In this document: positions 48,701 through 57,949 of the stretch, one piece after another
How positions within the stretch are numbered: position 1 is the first letter of the stretch
How the letters are laid out: the number at the start of each line of letters is the position of its first letter
Assembly (NCBI GenBank): GCA_965222375.1
Contig: CBDCTZ010000016.1
Span: 2,624,001-2,688,000, forward strand
From: Polyangiaceae bacterium
GTDB taxonomy: Bacteria; Myxococcota_A; Polyangia; Polyangiales; Polyangiaceae
DNA length: 64,000 nucleotides
Direction: 5' to 3'
Notes under the pieces: generated by a model
Database searches by the model: none
The model's input: only the letters and a program-made list of their open reading frames with translations
Told to the model about the DNA's origin: nothing
Position numbers and translations under genes: made by a program

Positions 48701-50459
48701 CCGACGCGCCGATGATCATGCCTGTCAGAGGGTCGGCGTTCCAGTTGGCGATAGCGCCCCAAGGCGCCCGAGTTGCATGGGGCCAGTAGTAGAGGAAGTT
48801 GTGACGTAGGTCGCCGACCCGGGCCCTGTAGCCCCGCTTGCCGCAGATCGGGTCGTCGTAGCTGCGCACGGGGTTGTGACACACGACCAGAACGTCCTGC
48901 ATGGCCTTGGGCTTGTCGCTCAACCACGCCCCCAACCGCACCATCTCCTGCTCTGCGCGGAGCGGGCCAAGAGTGACGAAGTACTGCGCCATGCACGCTT
49001 GGCGCTCACCTCCAGTGCGTCTGCATTCGACCTCCCGAGCCTTGGCTACGGAGAATCGCATGAGCTGGTTCCAGCTCGCGATGGTTTGCTCCGACGGGCC
49101 ACTTCCCAACCGAACGTCTTCGCCCGCGTCGTTTCTGAACTCGGGGTCGTCGGTTTCGAACGGATCCGTCAACTCCGCCGGGGTTTCTTCAGTCATCCAG
49201 TAGCCGATGGGCTTCACGCGCCGGTTGCGTAGGGGCAGGGTGCACCAATTGCGGGTGCTGCATTGAGAGCCAGCGGCGAGCTCCAAGCTATCCGTTCGGC
49301 CGGCGTTGCCGACCAGGCTCAGGGTCAGCTGCTCGCATTGAGCGTTGGTGCCGGGCACGGAGCTTGATTCGGCACGGTTGTCATAGTTGCAGGAAACGGT
49401 GCAGGCCTTTGCACCGCCAGCGCCTGCAATGGGCAGACAGGCCCCGTCGTCGCATTCATCGTCAGTGGTGCAGCTGCCGACCAAGACGTGGCTTTGCTTC
49501 CAGATGTTGTGAAGGTGCAGGTTTCGCCGTCGGTGGCTGTTGTCGTCACCCCATTGCGGCCCCTCGTTGTCTTCCTTTGGTATCGTGAACCCGTTGACGT
49601 AGGCATCCGCAAGCCCCCCGGGGTTGCCGATGATGTCTAGGTTGGCGTAGCTGTTCTCGAAGGGCTCGAAGTCTGCTGCGGACGGTACGCTGTCGACCTT
49701 CCAGTACGAACTGCGCACGACAGCCTCCTGCTTGTCGCAACTGTCGACGGCTGCGCCAGTCTGCAAACCCATCATCAGGCAGGTGGGAAGCTTCATGCCC
49801 CACAGCACGGTGCTCTCCGGTTCCACCCAGAACTTGTTCGTGATGTCGAAATAGCCCTGTTCGACATCGAAGTGTGGCGAGTTTGGATGTTGCGGTTCGT
49901 TCACGTAGTAGGCGATGGGCGTGACGCTGATGTCGCCAAAGATCTTGCCGGCGAACATGTCGTACCAGGACGGGTTCTCCACCAGGTTGGTTGACCAATC
50001 GACGTACATGTAGCGACGCTCGTGCCAGGGTCGGTCTGTGCTGTTTGTCCGGATTCCGTCTTGTGTCTGGATGAGACTGACGTGCTTGTCGATTGCGTAG
50101 GCGGCCACGATGGTCGTGTCGGTGCCTGCTGGATCCCTGCTGTCCGCGCCGGGAAACCTTGGATGCGCCTGACGCGCGACGAGCAGATCCTCCGTGATCT
50201 CCCAGCGAATGCGATCCACTGCGGACCAGGAGCCGATTCCGACCAGGGATTGGGCTTCAGAGCCATCGACGACGAAGTTGCGCCAGTAGAACTCCGGGTC
50301 GTCCGACGGGTCCGCGAGGTTGCCCACGAAAAACTCCTTGGCAACGGCGCCGTGGGGAACATAAGCGACCCTGCTTTCCCCATCTCGTTCGCAACTGACG
50401 ATGCTCGATGCCGACAGGGCGACCGCGAGCGCGGTCTTTCTGATCCACTTCGATTGCAT
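45771..50459 (-). CDS. Giant lipoprotein, metzincin-like paralog with a degenerate active site (HGIGHSLGMLH)
   Basis: Lipobox SIVS-C. Colinear and highly similar to 50925-55649. Zn motif has Gly in place of Glu and the Met-turn reads TSALEY. Frame intact over 1562 aa. Confidence 0.85.
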   Translation of the reverse strand: MQSKWIRKTALAVALSASSIVSCERDGESRVAYVPHGAVAKEFFVGNLADPSDDPEFYWRNFVVDGSEAQSLVGIGSWSAVDRIRWEITEDLLVARQAHPRFPGADSRDPAGTDTTIVAAYAIDKHVSLIQTQDGIRTNSTDRPWHERRYMYVDWSTNLVENPSWYDMFAGKIFGDISVTPIAYYVNEPQHPNSPHFDVEQGYFDITNKFWVEPESTVLWGMKLPTCLMMGLQTGAAVDSCDKQEAVVRSSYWKVDSVPSAADFEPFENSYANLDIIGNPGGLADAYVNGFTIPKEDNEGPQWGDDNSHRRRNLHLHNIWKQSHVLVGSCTTDDECDDGACLPIAGAGGAKACTVSCNYDNRAESSSVPGTNAQCEQLTLSLVGNAGRTDSLELAAGSQCSTRNWCTLPLRNRRVKPIGYWMTEETPAELTDPFETDDPEFRNDAGEDVRLGSGPSEQTIASWNQLMRFSVAKAREVECRRTGGERQACMAQYFVTLGPLRAEQEMVRLGAWLSDKPKAMQDVLVVCHNPVRSYDDPICGKRGYRARVGDLRHNFLYYWPHATRAPWGAIANWNADPLTGMIIGASATTLSRATAQTAALLRDIILIANGELSFEDITSGTSAQLLVRRLQQGRAPRTFTASELEQRVDNVDASHAAAQVTGKKLLTGETAKHKSLELLKLRAHRVAGIGPASTFHPEFDAAAQNVRGSAFETQMLTPNWVLDAAGMKPKQTKLSDVMDIVSPLRGMDHGQTEHAQQLIDLRMQERGICYPETDAANIGNLDIQGVARFFAEKYSNQAIRNGSPELVQASDDTLAQKRSELIYTELWRESFMGMQLHGIGHSLGMLHQLASSYDSMNFLPQYWQLRSGETALTRVNSSGAGADCRGQPQQEGSACMGPRYLDPETPDELGRGNESRPGLSYFGQTSALEYPGERFSETAGLGQFDLLSMNALYGRLLQAFDRERGYSDADTAPFAYRNWSQLSEANLVVWSNPDLVKGITVESGKALPTAKLFGSGPFLQPMHYSEQARRLKLFDPERCREATKEERAQGQWRVVHGRLCAPPPRDFAFWRDFENGTPPSNEISEPLLKWRVKPTVSTAGGAIRWPYRWGRLSGAYPHINSSDSGADVYEVTRSIINQLDAQYPFTYFSRRNHDWDFFQAPKPSRATRTALGRLRALHWSMAMDTGRLGGLVGPADAPGWNSSELAEANGALFGLLSRSDDWARPQTLAASDIFEALARTLLMPQIGTYGLCDPGPAQTTRLLDADCGGAESKSLLVDASTGRHVHPDFSGDPFGAYQWDYPFKPSWTGFGVEKSDATRALLDTRSVFLSVVRESYLDSDNVNVNFRTDMPQAFDRLLGAVLSSDFETIAPYVVGGSATETSALHSTNLFGDNPTRPGGARTLFPNIGYKQQVGALVFAHIFARSSSDAALSDKLQIWLAGLSDEPGVPDAEQVRFYNPESKFTYVAKKFGPDTAMGKTVDKGIGSRMLRTANLLLARAYQVEGGSENPVLDQYGQVTVERDDNGQPILLSAVYAQEFRSYVDLLNAAVELRKAIGASSSGN

Positions 50460-50477
50460 CGTGATTACAGAGATAAC

Positions 50478-50494
50478 TGCAAAGCCCGAGCCAA
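50478..50494 (-). promoter_or_regulatory. Putative sigma54 (-24/-12) promoter
   Basis: Minus strand TTGGCTCGGGCTTTGCA: GG-N10-GC spacing, one mismatch to TGGCACG-N4-TTGC. Confidence 0.7.
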
Positions 50495-50840
50495 GAGGAT
50501 CTCGAGCGATTCACTGACCACGTCCCGGCGTCACGTGCGAATACGAGCAGCAGCAGGTCAGTCCTCTAACGGCGATTCAGATCTGGCGACACGGATCTGC
50601 ACACGCGCTGCTCGCCAGTGCGAATACGGACTTGATCCAGGGTTCCCGTGCGTGTCCCCGCTTCTACGTGTTCGTTTGCGTTTGCTTCTGTGTCCGCGTC
50701 AACGTCCGCTCTCGGTGGGGTCCTTATGCGGCTCCCATCTGCTGCGCACCCGGTTCGCCCCGCGCAGAACCCTCGATGACGTCAATGGTGCGCCATCCCC
50801 CAGAAAACCAATCTCACAAACGGCCGACACGCTTGTCTAC

Positions 50841-50909
50841 AAAAGCAGAAAGGCCCGAGCCGATTGGCCCGGGCCTTCTCGCGACGCGCCACCCTGGCGG
50901 TGGCGCGTC
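50841..50909 (-). terminator. Double hairpin / intrinsic terminator after the 50925 gene
   Basis: Perfect 11-bp stem GACGCGCCACC-N5-GGTGGCGCGTC (50883-50909). A second stem AAGGCCCG...CGGGCCTT (50850-50877) is followed on the minus strand by TCTGCTTTT. Confidence 0.7.
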
Positions 50910-50924
50910 CGTTCTACACCGACC

Positions 50925-53900
50925 TCAGTTCAGGTCGATGCCGCCCCAACCGTTGAAGGGACCGTAGCCAACCATGTTGCTCAGCTGGGAAGCTGCGTCC
51001 AAGAGGCCCACGAAGCTGCGGTACTCCTGAGCGTAGACAGCGCTGATCAAGATGGGCTGGCCGTTGGCATCCCGCTGAACGTTGACCTGACCGTACTGGT
51101 CGAGGACCGGGTTCGCGGAGCCACCGTCCACCTGATAGGCCTTGGCCAGGAGCAGGTTGGCGGTGTGCAGCATGCGCGATGCAATGCCCTTGTCCACGGT
51201 CTTGCCCATGACTTGGTCAGGACCGTACTTCTTGGCGATGTAGGTGAGACCGCTCTCCGGGTTGTAGAAGCGGGCCTGCTCGGCATCCGGGATGTTGCCA
51301 CCGAAGGACGTCTGGCCGTCGATCCAGATCCGCATCTTGTTCGACAGGGTCAGGTCGCCGTTCAGACGGGCGAAGATGTGAGCGAACACCAGGGTGCCCA
51401 CCTGCTGCTTGTAGCCGACGTTGGGGAACAACGCGCGGGCACCAGCGGGACGGGTGGGATTGTCGCCAAACAGGTTGGTCGTCAACACCGGTGACGTCTC
51501 GATGGCCGAGCCGCCGACAACGTAAGGAGCAACCGTCTCGAAGTCCGAGGACAGCACACCACCCAGGAGGCGGTCGATAGCCTGCGGCATGTCGGTACGG
51601 AAGTTCACGTTGACGTTACGGCCGTCGAGGTAGTTCTCACGCGAGATCGTGAAGAACACCGCGCGACCGTCGGTGAGAGCACGCGACGCATCCGACTTCT
51701 CGAATGTGTAGCCTGCCCAGTTGACGTAGCTCTGGTAGTCCCAGGAACCACCGCCGTCGGGATCGCCCTGGAAGTCCGGGTCGATGTATCGGCCCGTCGA
51801 GGCGTCTACCATCAGCGACTTGTCACTAGCCCGACCGCAGTCCGCGTCGAGCAAACCCTGGGTCTGACCCGGCCCTGGGTCGCACGTGCCAAAGTTACCG
51901 ATTTGCGGCATCAGGAACGCGCGGGTGATGGCATTGAAGATCTCGTTCGCCGCCATGGCCTGGGGGCGACCCCAGTCGTCAGCTTCTCCCAGAACCTTGT
52001 AGATACCGGCATTGATATCGTCGACGTCCTGTGGAGAGAAGTTGAACTGCTTGACGAAAGCCTCGTCCGGGTCGAGCAACGCACCCAGCCGGCCGGCGTC
52101 AATCGCCATGCTCCAGTGGAACGCGCGGAGGCGCTCGTAGAAGCCGCGAGAGATGCGAGATGGGATTCGGAAGTAGGCCCAGTCACGGTTCTTCCGGCGG
52201 AAGTAGGTGAAGGGGTACTGGTAGTCGAACTTCTCGATGGTCGACTTGGTGACCTCGTAGATGTCCGCACCCGCGTCCGAGGGGTTGGTGTGGGGGTAAG
52301 AGTTGCTCGTGGTGCCCCAGCGGTAGGGCCAACGAATGGCACCCGGCGCCGTCGCGGCGGTCGGCTTGACCCGCCCTTTGAGCAGTTCTTCGTTGACCTC
52401 GTTGGACGGTGGAGTCCAGTTCTCGAAGTCTTGCCAGAAGGCGTAGTCCTTCGGCGGGGGCGCACAAACCTTGCCGTGCACGACGCGCCACTGGCCCAGG
52501 TCCTTCTCTTCCTGCGTGGCTTCACGGCAGCGAGCGGGATCGAACACCTTCAAGCGACGTGCCTGCTCGGTGTAGTGCATGCCTTGCAGAATCGGAGCCG
52601 TCCCGAACAAGTTCTGACCTGGCAACACCTTGCCGGAGCTTGCTGGGATGTCTTTGATGACGTCGGGGTTGGACCAGACAACCAGGTTGTCCTCGGTCAG
52701 CTGGGTCCAGTTCCGATACGCGAAGGGTGCCGTTTCCTCGTCCGAGTAGCCTCGTTCACGATCGAAAGCCTGTAGCACGCGACCGTAGAGCACGTTCATG
52801 GTCAGCATGTCGTACTGACCCAGACCGACGTTCTCGAAGAAGCGCTCGTTCTGGTACTCCATGGTCGATGTGTGACCGAAGTACGAAATACCCGGGCGGG
52901 ACTCGTTGCCTTGGCCGAGTTCGTCAGGCGTCTCGGGGTCGAGGTAGCGCGGGCCCATGCAGACCGTGCCGTCCTGGTTCGGATTGCCCTTGCAGTTGGC
53001 GCCCGAGCCCGTGGAGTCCGCACCGGTGAGCGCGGTTTCGTTGGAACGGAGCTGCCAGTACTGGGGCAGGAAGTTCAAGCTGTCGTAGCTCGATGAGAAC
53101 TGGTGCAACATGCCCAGGGAGTGACCGACCTCGTGCAGCTGGATGCCCTTGTAGGTTTCCTTCCACAGCTCGGTGTAGATGAGGTCCGCTCGCTTGCGCG
53201 AAATGGTGAGCGCATCTGCTCCGGCCAGATCCGGGAAGTTGTTCATGATGGCTTCGTCGCTGTACTTCGCGAGGAAATACTTGGAGACACCTTGAACATC
53301 CAAGTTGCCCACGTTGGTGGCGTAGATGTCCGGGAAGCACACGCCGCGGGCCTGCATGCGCAGGTCGATGAGCTGCTGCATGCGCTCGGTCTGTGCGTGA
53401 TCCATGCCGCGGAGCGGGGACACGATGTCCATCACATCCGATAGCTTGGTCTGCTTCGGGTTCATGCCCGCCGCGTCGAGCACCCAGTTCGGGGTGATCA
53501 TCTGAGCTTCGAAGACGGAGCCTCGCACCTTCTCGGCGATGGCGTCGTACTCGAGGTGCGACGTGGACGCCGGGCCGATGCCAGCAATGCGGTTAGTGCG
53601 CATCTTGAGCATCTCCAAGGACTTCTCCCTGGGAGTGGCACCCGCGAGGGGATTGGCCGCGATCTGGGCTGCCGCGTGGAGCGGGTCGATGTTGTCGACG
53701 CGCTGCTTCAGCTCAGCCTTGGTGAAGGTCTCCGGCGAATGGCCGTTTTGCAGCCGTCGCTTGTACAATTGGGCTGGGGTGCCGTCCGTGATGTCCTCGA
53801 AGGTGAGTTCGCCGTTGGCCACCATGATGATGTCACGCACCATTGCTGCCGCGTAGGTCGCGGAGCGACCCATGGTCGTGGCCGATGCGCCGATGATCAT

Positions 53901-55649
53901 GCCCGTAATGGGGTCAGCGTTCCAGTTGGCGATACCGCCCCAAGGCGCTCGAGAGGCGTAAGGCCAGTAATAGAGGAAGTTGTGCCGGATGTCGCCGACG
54001 CGGGCTTCGTAGCCACGCGCGCCGCAGATTTCGTTGTCGTAGCTGCGCACGGGGTTGTGGCAGGTGACGATGACGTCCTCCATGGGCTTGGGCTTGTCGA
54101 TCAGCCAAGCGCCGAACTGAACCATCTCCTGGGTGGCATTCAAGGAGCCATCCGTCTCGAAGTACTCGGCCATGCAAGTGGCGCGGTCGCCGGTACCCGT
54201 GCGCCGACACTCGACCTCGCGCGCCTTGGCCACCGAGAAACGCATCAGCTGGTTCCAGCTCTCGATCATGTGCTCGGTTGGGCCCTGACCCTGGCGAATG
54301 TCCTCCGCGTCTGTGGCCTGGTAGGGATCCGACAGCTCTCCGGGGGTTTCCTTGTTCATCCAGTAGCCAATGGGCTTCACCGTCCGGCTGCGCACGGGCA
54401 GGGTGCACCAGTTGCGCTGGCTGCACTGTGAGCCGGGCGTGAGGGTGATGGTCTCTGTCCTGCCGCCGTTGCCGACGAGGCTCTGGTTGATTTCGCATTG
54501 GGCGTTGGTGCCCGGCACATTCGCAGACTCGCCCTGGCTGTCGTAGTCGCAGGGGATGGTGCAGGCCTTGGCTCCGCCACCGTCTGCGACGGGGATGCAA
54601 GCGCCGCCGCCGCACTGCGCGTCTGTGGTGCAGCTGCCGGTCAGGACGTGGCTCTGCTTCCAGATGTTGTGCACGTGCATGTTGCGGCGCATGCCCGGGT
54701 CTCGGTAGCCGTACTGGGGGTCCCATTCGACGCGCGGTGGCGTCACGATGCCCATCGTGTAGCTGGAACCCAAACCGCCCGGGTTGCCGATGATGTCGAG
54801 GTTGGCGTAGGTGTTCTCGAAGGGCTCGAAGTCCGCCGCCGACGGCACGCTCTCGACCTTCCAGTAGGAACTCCGAACCACCGCCTCCTGCTTGTCGCAG
54901 CTGTCGACGGCGGCGCCGGTGTACAGACCCATGAGCAAGCAGGTCGGGATGTTCATGCCCCACATGCGCGTGGACTCGGGCTCGACCCAGAACTTGTTCG
55001 TGATGTCGAAGTAGCCCTTGTCGGGCTCGAAGTGGGGAGCGTCGGGATGACTCCGGTCGTTCACGTAGTAAGCGATGGGAGTGACCGAGATGTCCCCGAA
55101 GATCTTGCCGAGGAACATGTCGAACCAGATCGGGCTGTCGACCACGTTGATCGACCAGTCGACCCGCATATGGGTGCGCTGGTACCAGACCCGATCCGAG
55201 GTGTTTTCCTCGACGATGTTGAGGTCTTCACCCGTGGACGGGTTGTAGGCCTTCTTGACGTCGAAGTGCTTGGTGATCGGGTAGGCGGCCATAATCAGGC
55301 CGTCCGCGGGGTTCTTGCCGATCGTGCCCTTGCCGTCTGCGCCGGGCGAAATCTCGTAGGACTTGCGCGCGATGAGCAGGTTCTCGGTGATCTCCCAGCG
55401 GATGCGATCCACCGCACCCCAGGAGCCGATACCCACCATGGATTGGGCTTCCGACCCGTCCACGACGAAGTTGCGCCAGAAGAACTCCGGGTCATCGGAG
55501 GGATCCGCAAGCTTCCCTACGAAGAAGTCCTTAGAAAGTGCGTCCGCTTGAACGCGGTTGATCGGATCGCGCTCTTGGGCGCAGCCGACCACGTTCAGGG
55601 CGACGAGTGAAAGGCCCATTGCGAGCCTTCTGGTCCACTTCAGGTCCAT
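50925..55649 (-). CDS. Giant lipoprotein, metzincin-type zinc metalloprotease (HEVGHSLGMLH)
   Basis: SD AAGGAG before ATG 55649. Lipobox NVVG-C. HExxHxxGxxH plus downstream TSTMEY Met-turn. DP.TG.II.A motif upstream of the Zn site. Confidence 0.88.
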   Translation of the reverse strand: MDLKWTRRLAMGLSLVALNVVGCAQERDPINRVQADALSKDFFVGKLADPSDDPEFFWRNFVVDGSEAQSMVGIGSWGAVDRIRWEITENLLIARKSYEISPGADGKGTIGKNPADGLIMAAYPITKHFDVKKAYNPSTGEDLNIVEENTSDRVWYQRTHMRVDWSINVVDSPIWFDMFLGKIFGDISVTPIAYYVNDRSHPDAPHFEPDKGYFDITNKFWVEPESTRMWGMNIPTCLLMGLYTGAAVDSCDKQEAVVRSSYWKVESVPSAADFEPFENTYANLDIIGNPGGLGSSYTMGIVTPPRVEWDPQYGYRDPGMRRNMHVHNIWKQSHVLTGSCTTDAQCGGGACIPVADGGGAKACTIPCDYDSQGESANVPGTNAQCEINQSLVGNGGRTETITLTPGSQCSQRNWCTLPVRSRTVKPIGYWMNKETPGELSDPYQATDAEDIRQGQGPTEHMIESWNQLMRFSVAKAREVECRRTGTGDRATCMAEYFETDGSLNATQEMVQFGAWLIDKPKPMEDVIVTCHNPVRSYDNEICGARGYEARVGDIRHNFLYYWPYASRAPWGGIANWNADPITGMIIGASATTMGRSATYAAAMVRDIIMVANGELTFEDITDGTPAQLYKRRLQNGHSPETFTKAELKQRVDNIDPLHAAAQIAANPLAGATPREKSLEMLKMRTNRIAGIGPASTSHLEYDAIAEKVRGSVFEAQMITPNWVLDAAGMNPKQTKLSDVMDIVSPLRGMDHAQTERMQQLIDLRMQARGVCFPDIYATNVGNLDVQGVSKYFLAKYSDEAIMNNFPDLAGADALTISRKRADLIYTELWKETYKGIQLHEVGHSLGMLHQFSSSYDSLNFLPQYWQLRSNETALTGADSTGSGANCKGNPNQDGTVCMGPRYLDPETPDELGQGNESRPGISYFGHTSTMEYQNERFFENVGLGQYDMLTMNVLYGRVLQAFDRERGYSDEETAPFAYRNWTQLTEDNLVVWSNPDVIKDIPASSGKVLPGQNLFGTAPILQGMHYTEQARRLKVFDPARCREATQEEKDLGQWRVVHGKVCAPPPKDYAFWQDFENWTPPSNEVNEELLKGRVKPTAATAPGAIRWPYRWGTTSNSYPHTNPSDAGADIYEVTKSTIEKFDYQYPFTYFRRKNRDWAYFRIPSRISRGFYERLRAFHWSMAIDAGRLGALLDPDEAFVKQFNFSPQDVDDINAGIYKVLGEADDWGRPQAMAANEIFNAITRAFLMPQIGNFGTCDPGPGQTQGLLDADCGRASDKSLMVDASTGRYIDPDFQGDPDGGGSWDYQSYVNWAGYTFEKSDASRALTDGRAVFFTISRENYLDGRNVNVNFRTDMPQAIDRLLGGVLSSDFETVAPYVVGGSAIETSPVLTTNLFGDNPTRPAGARALFPNVGYKQQVGTLVFAHIFARLNGDLTLSNKMRIWIDGQTSFGGNIPDAEQARFYNPESGLTYIAKKYGPDQVMGKTVDKGIASRMLHTANLLLAKAYQVDGGSANPVLDQYGQVNVQRDANGQPILISAVYAQEYRSFVGLLDAASQLSNMVGYGPFNGWGGIDLN

Positions 55650-55750
55650 GCCGTTCTCCTTAACAAGTTGCTTGGTCATCGCTTTGCCGTCGGGCGGTGC
55701 ATCCGAGCATGCAGCCGCACGAGGGCAGAAATCTCAGCCGACGCCTCTTA

Positions 55751-55767
55751 GGCAAGAGCCGAGCCAG
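55751..55767 (-). promoter_or_regulatory. Putative sigma54 (-24/-12) promoter
   Basis: Minus strand CTGGCTCGGCTCTTGCC: GG-N10-GC with the same TGGCTCG -24 box as 50478-50494. Confidence 0.7.
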
Positions 55768-55890
55768 AACATCGCATCCCAGAATTCCGCGGTTTTTGTT
55801 CCGACTCCCCCCGATGGGAAGGCGGCGGGGAACCTAGCCGTTAGAGGACTAACTCGCAACGACAATGTCGCACGCCAATGACGCAGAGCG

Positions 55891-57192
55891 TCATTGGTCG
55901 CGGCGGGTGCGCAAGCTGACGGCTCTAGCGTGGGCGTCCAGCCCTTCTGCCCTGGCGAACGCCTCGATATCCGGCCCCTGGGCGCGTAGTGCGCCCGCGC
56001 TGTATCCGATCAGGGAGGAACGGGAGACGAAGTCGTAAACACCCAGGGGGGCGGCATAACGGGCCGCGCCGCCCGTGGGCAGGACGTGGGAGGGGCCCGC
56101 CAGATAGTCCCCTGCCGCCTCCGGGGTCCCGGGGCCGATGAAGAGCGCCCCGGCCCGTACGATCTGGTCTGCCAAGGCGCTGGCATCGACCACGTGGAGC
56201 GCCACGTGCTCCGCTGCGAGCTGGTTGGCGACTTCTGCCATCTGAGCCCGACCGCTGACCTGCAGAACCCAGCCATTGTCCCGGAGTGCCGCTGTCGCCA
56301 CGTCCTTGCGCGGCAAGCCGCGCAGCTGCTGTTGCAGTGCCTGGCCCACGCTCTGCGCGTGGGAGCCCTCAGTCGTCAGCAGCAGCGGGTAAGCTGCCTC
56401 GTCGTGTTCCGCCTGGGAGAGCAGGTCCGCCGCGAGAAGGACAGGATCCGCCGACGCGTCCGCGATGACCAGGATCTCGCTCGGGCCCGCGATGCTGTCG
56501 ATGGCGACCTGCCCGAAGACGAGGCGCTTGGCAGCCGCGACATAGATGTTGCCGGGGCCGACTATCTTGTCAACGCTTGGGACGGACTCCGTTCCATACG
56601 CCAGGGCCCCAACGGCCTGCGCCCCACCAGCGTTCACGATTGCGTTCACCCCAGATAGGTGACACGCGGCTCGGACCTCCGCCGACGCATCTGGGGTCGC
56701 CACGAAGATCTCCTTCACCCCAGCAACATGTGCAATGAGTGCGCTCATCAGCACACTGGACGGATATCGGGCTTTGCCCCCGGGCGCGTAAACGCCGATC
56801 CGCTCCAACGGTGTGATGCGGCTTGCCAGCGTCACGCCCTCGGCTTCCATCTCGAAGCCGGTCAAGCCCTCGAGCTGTCGCTCGTGATAGCTACGGATGC
56901 GCTCCGTCGCGTGCTGCATGGCGTTGCGAACGTCCGCCGGAAGTGCAGCCAACGCTGCTGCTCCACCGTACTCTCGCTCCAATAGCTGTTTTGGGCGCCG
57001 TTTCTCCAGCTTCACGACCCAGTTCAGCACCGCGCCATCGCCGTCCTGCCGCACGCTTTCTAGGATTTCCCGTACTCGCGGTTCGACACGACCGAGATCG
57101 GACTCGCCCCGACGACGCAGCCTCTGAAGCGCCTCGACAAAGGCGTCGCTACCCTCGGTAACAGTCGTCAGAAGTGGTGCACACTGGCTCAC
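55891..57192 (-). CDS. hisD: Histidinol dehydrogenase
   Basis: GVYAPGGKARYPSSVLM, GGAQAVGALAYGT, KIVGPGNIYVAAAKR, IAGPSE, DLLSQAEHD, GDYLAGPSHVLPT. Confidence 0.97.
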   Translation of the reverse strand: MSQCAPLLTTVTEGSDAFVEALQRLRRRGESDLGRVEPRVREILESVRQDGDGAVLNWVVKLEKRRPKQLLEREYGGAAALAALPADVRNAMQHATERIRSYHERQLEGLTGFEMEAEGVTLASRITPLERIGVYAPGGKARYPSSVLMSALIAHVAGVKEIFVATPDASAEVRAACHLSGVNAIVNAGGAQAVGALAYGTESVPSVDKIVGPGNIYVAAAKRLVFGQVAIDSIAGPSEILVIADASADPVLLAADLLSQAEHDEAAYPLLLTTEGSHAQSVGQALQQQLRGLPRKDVATAALRDNGWVLQVSGRAQMAEVANQLAAEHVALHVVDASALADQIVRAGALFIGPGTPEAAGDYLAGPSHVLPTGGAARYAAPLGVYDFVSRSSLIGYSAGALRAQGPDIEAFARAEGLDAHARAVSLRTRRDQ

Positions 57193-57836
57193 GTCCAGTG
57201 GCCGGCCTTCAGCGCCGCGGGATCGTATTGCCGGATCTTCGGTCCGAAGGTGTCACGAAACACCTGCTCGTCGTCCATATCGATATTGTCGTCGGCGAAC
57301 CCTTCGGCCACTTCCATTCCCAAGGCGAGAATGCGCGTGAAGAGGGCAAAACTGGACGCACACAATCGTGGCTTCCAGGTCTCTGTGCCACTCATGGCCG
57401 TGTACACGGGGCAATCTCCCTCCGCGTCAGGGCTTGCCACATCCAGAAAGTAAGGATCCCCCAGCAGGGTGCTGTGGCCCACGATGATCCAACTCTGACG
57501 CCAGCCCTGCGGGGACGGACCATCGCGGTTATTACCATCGTCGTTCAACGCGAAGCCATGCTGCTCTTGGAGCAACTCAGCCGCGGGTACCAGGCGAACC
57601 CGTTCGGATGGGGTGCGGGTCTCGACGTCCACCGGATCAACGGCGAGCAAGAACTCTCGATAGCGCCGGGGAACGCGCAGTTTGGACTTGAGTGTGTCGA
57701 CGAGGGCCGGATCGGCCTTCCCGAATGTCGCGGATACGCTCCGACGCTCAAACGCGTCTTTGAGAGCCGATATCGCTTCAGCGAGATCGCTGTCCACGGT
57801 CAATACCTCCGGCCAGAAATGCTTCCGGCTACGCAA
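57189..57836 (-). CDS. SMI1/KNR4-like protein
   Basis: A....V..L...L.VP..YREFL N-terminal pattern, WIIVG....GDPYFLD, CPVY, ASSFALF. The start may be GTG 57797. The stop overlaps the hisD start. Confidence 0.7.
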   Translation of the reverse strand: MRSRKHFWPEVLTVDSDLAEAISALKDAFERRSVSATFGKADPALVDTLKSKLRVPRRYREFLLAVDPVDVETRTPSERVRLVPAAELLQEQHGFALNDDGNNRDGPSPQGWRQSWIIVGHSTLLGDPYFLDVASPDAEGDCPVYTAMSGTETWKPRLCASSFALFTRILALGMEVAEGFADDNIDMDDEQVFRDTFGPKIRQYDPAALKAGHWT

Positions 57837-57949
57837 GAAGAAGCACCTCGCCCAGTTAGGGTGCGGGCGAGGGGAGCGAGCCTAGCCACGAAACGTCCAA
57901 AACACCAGTGGTTGGCCGACGGGCCGGAGGACCAAGCAGCTGCCCAGGG

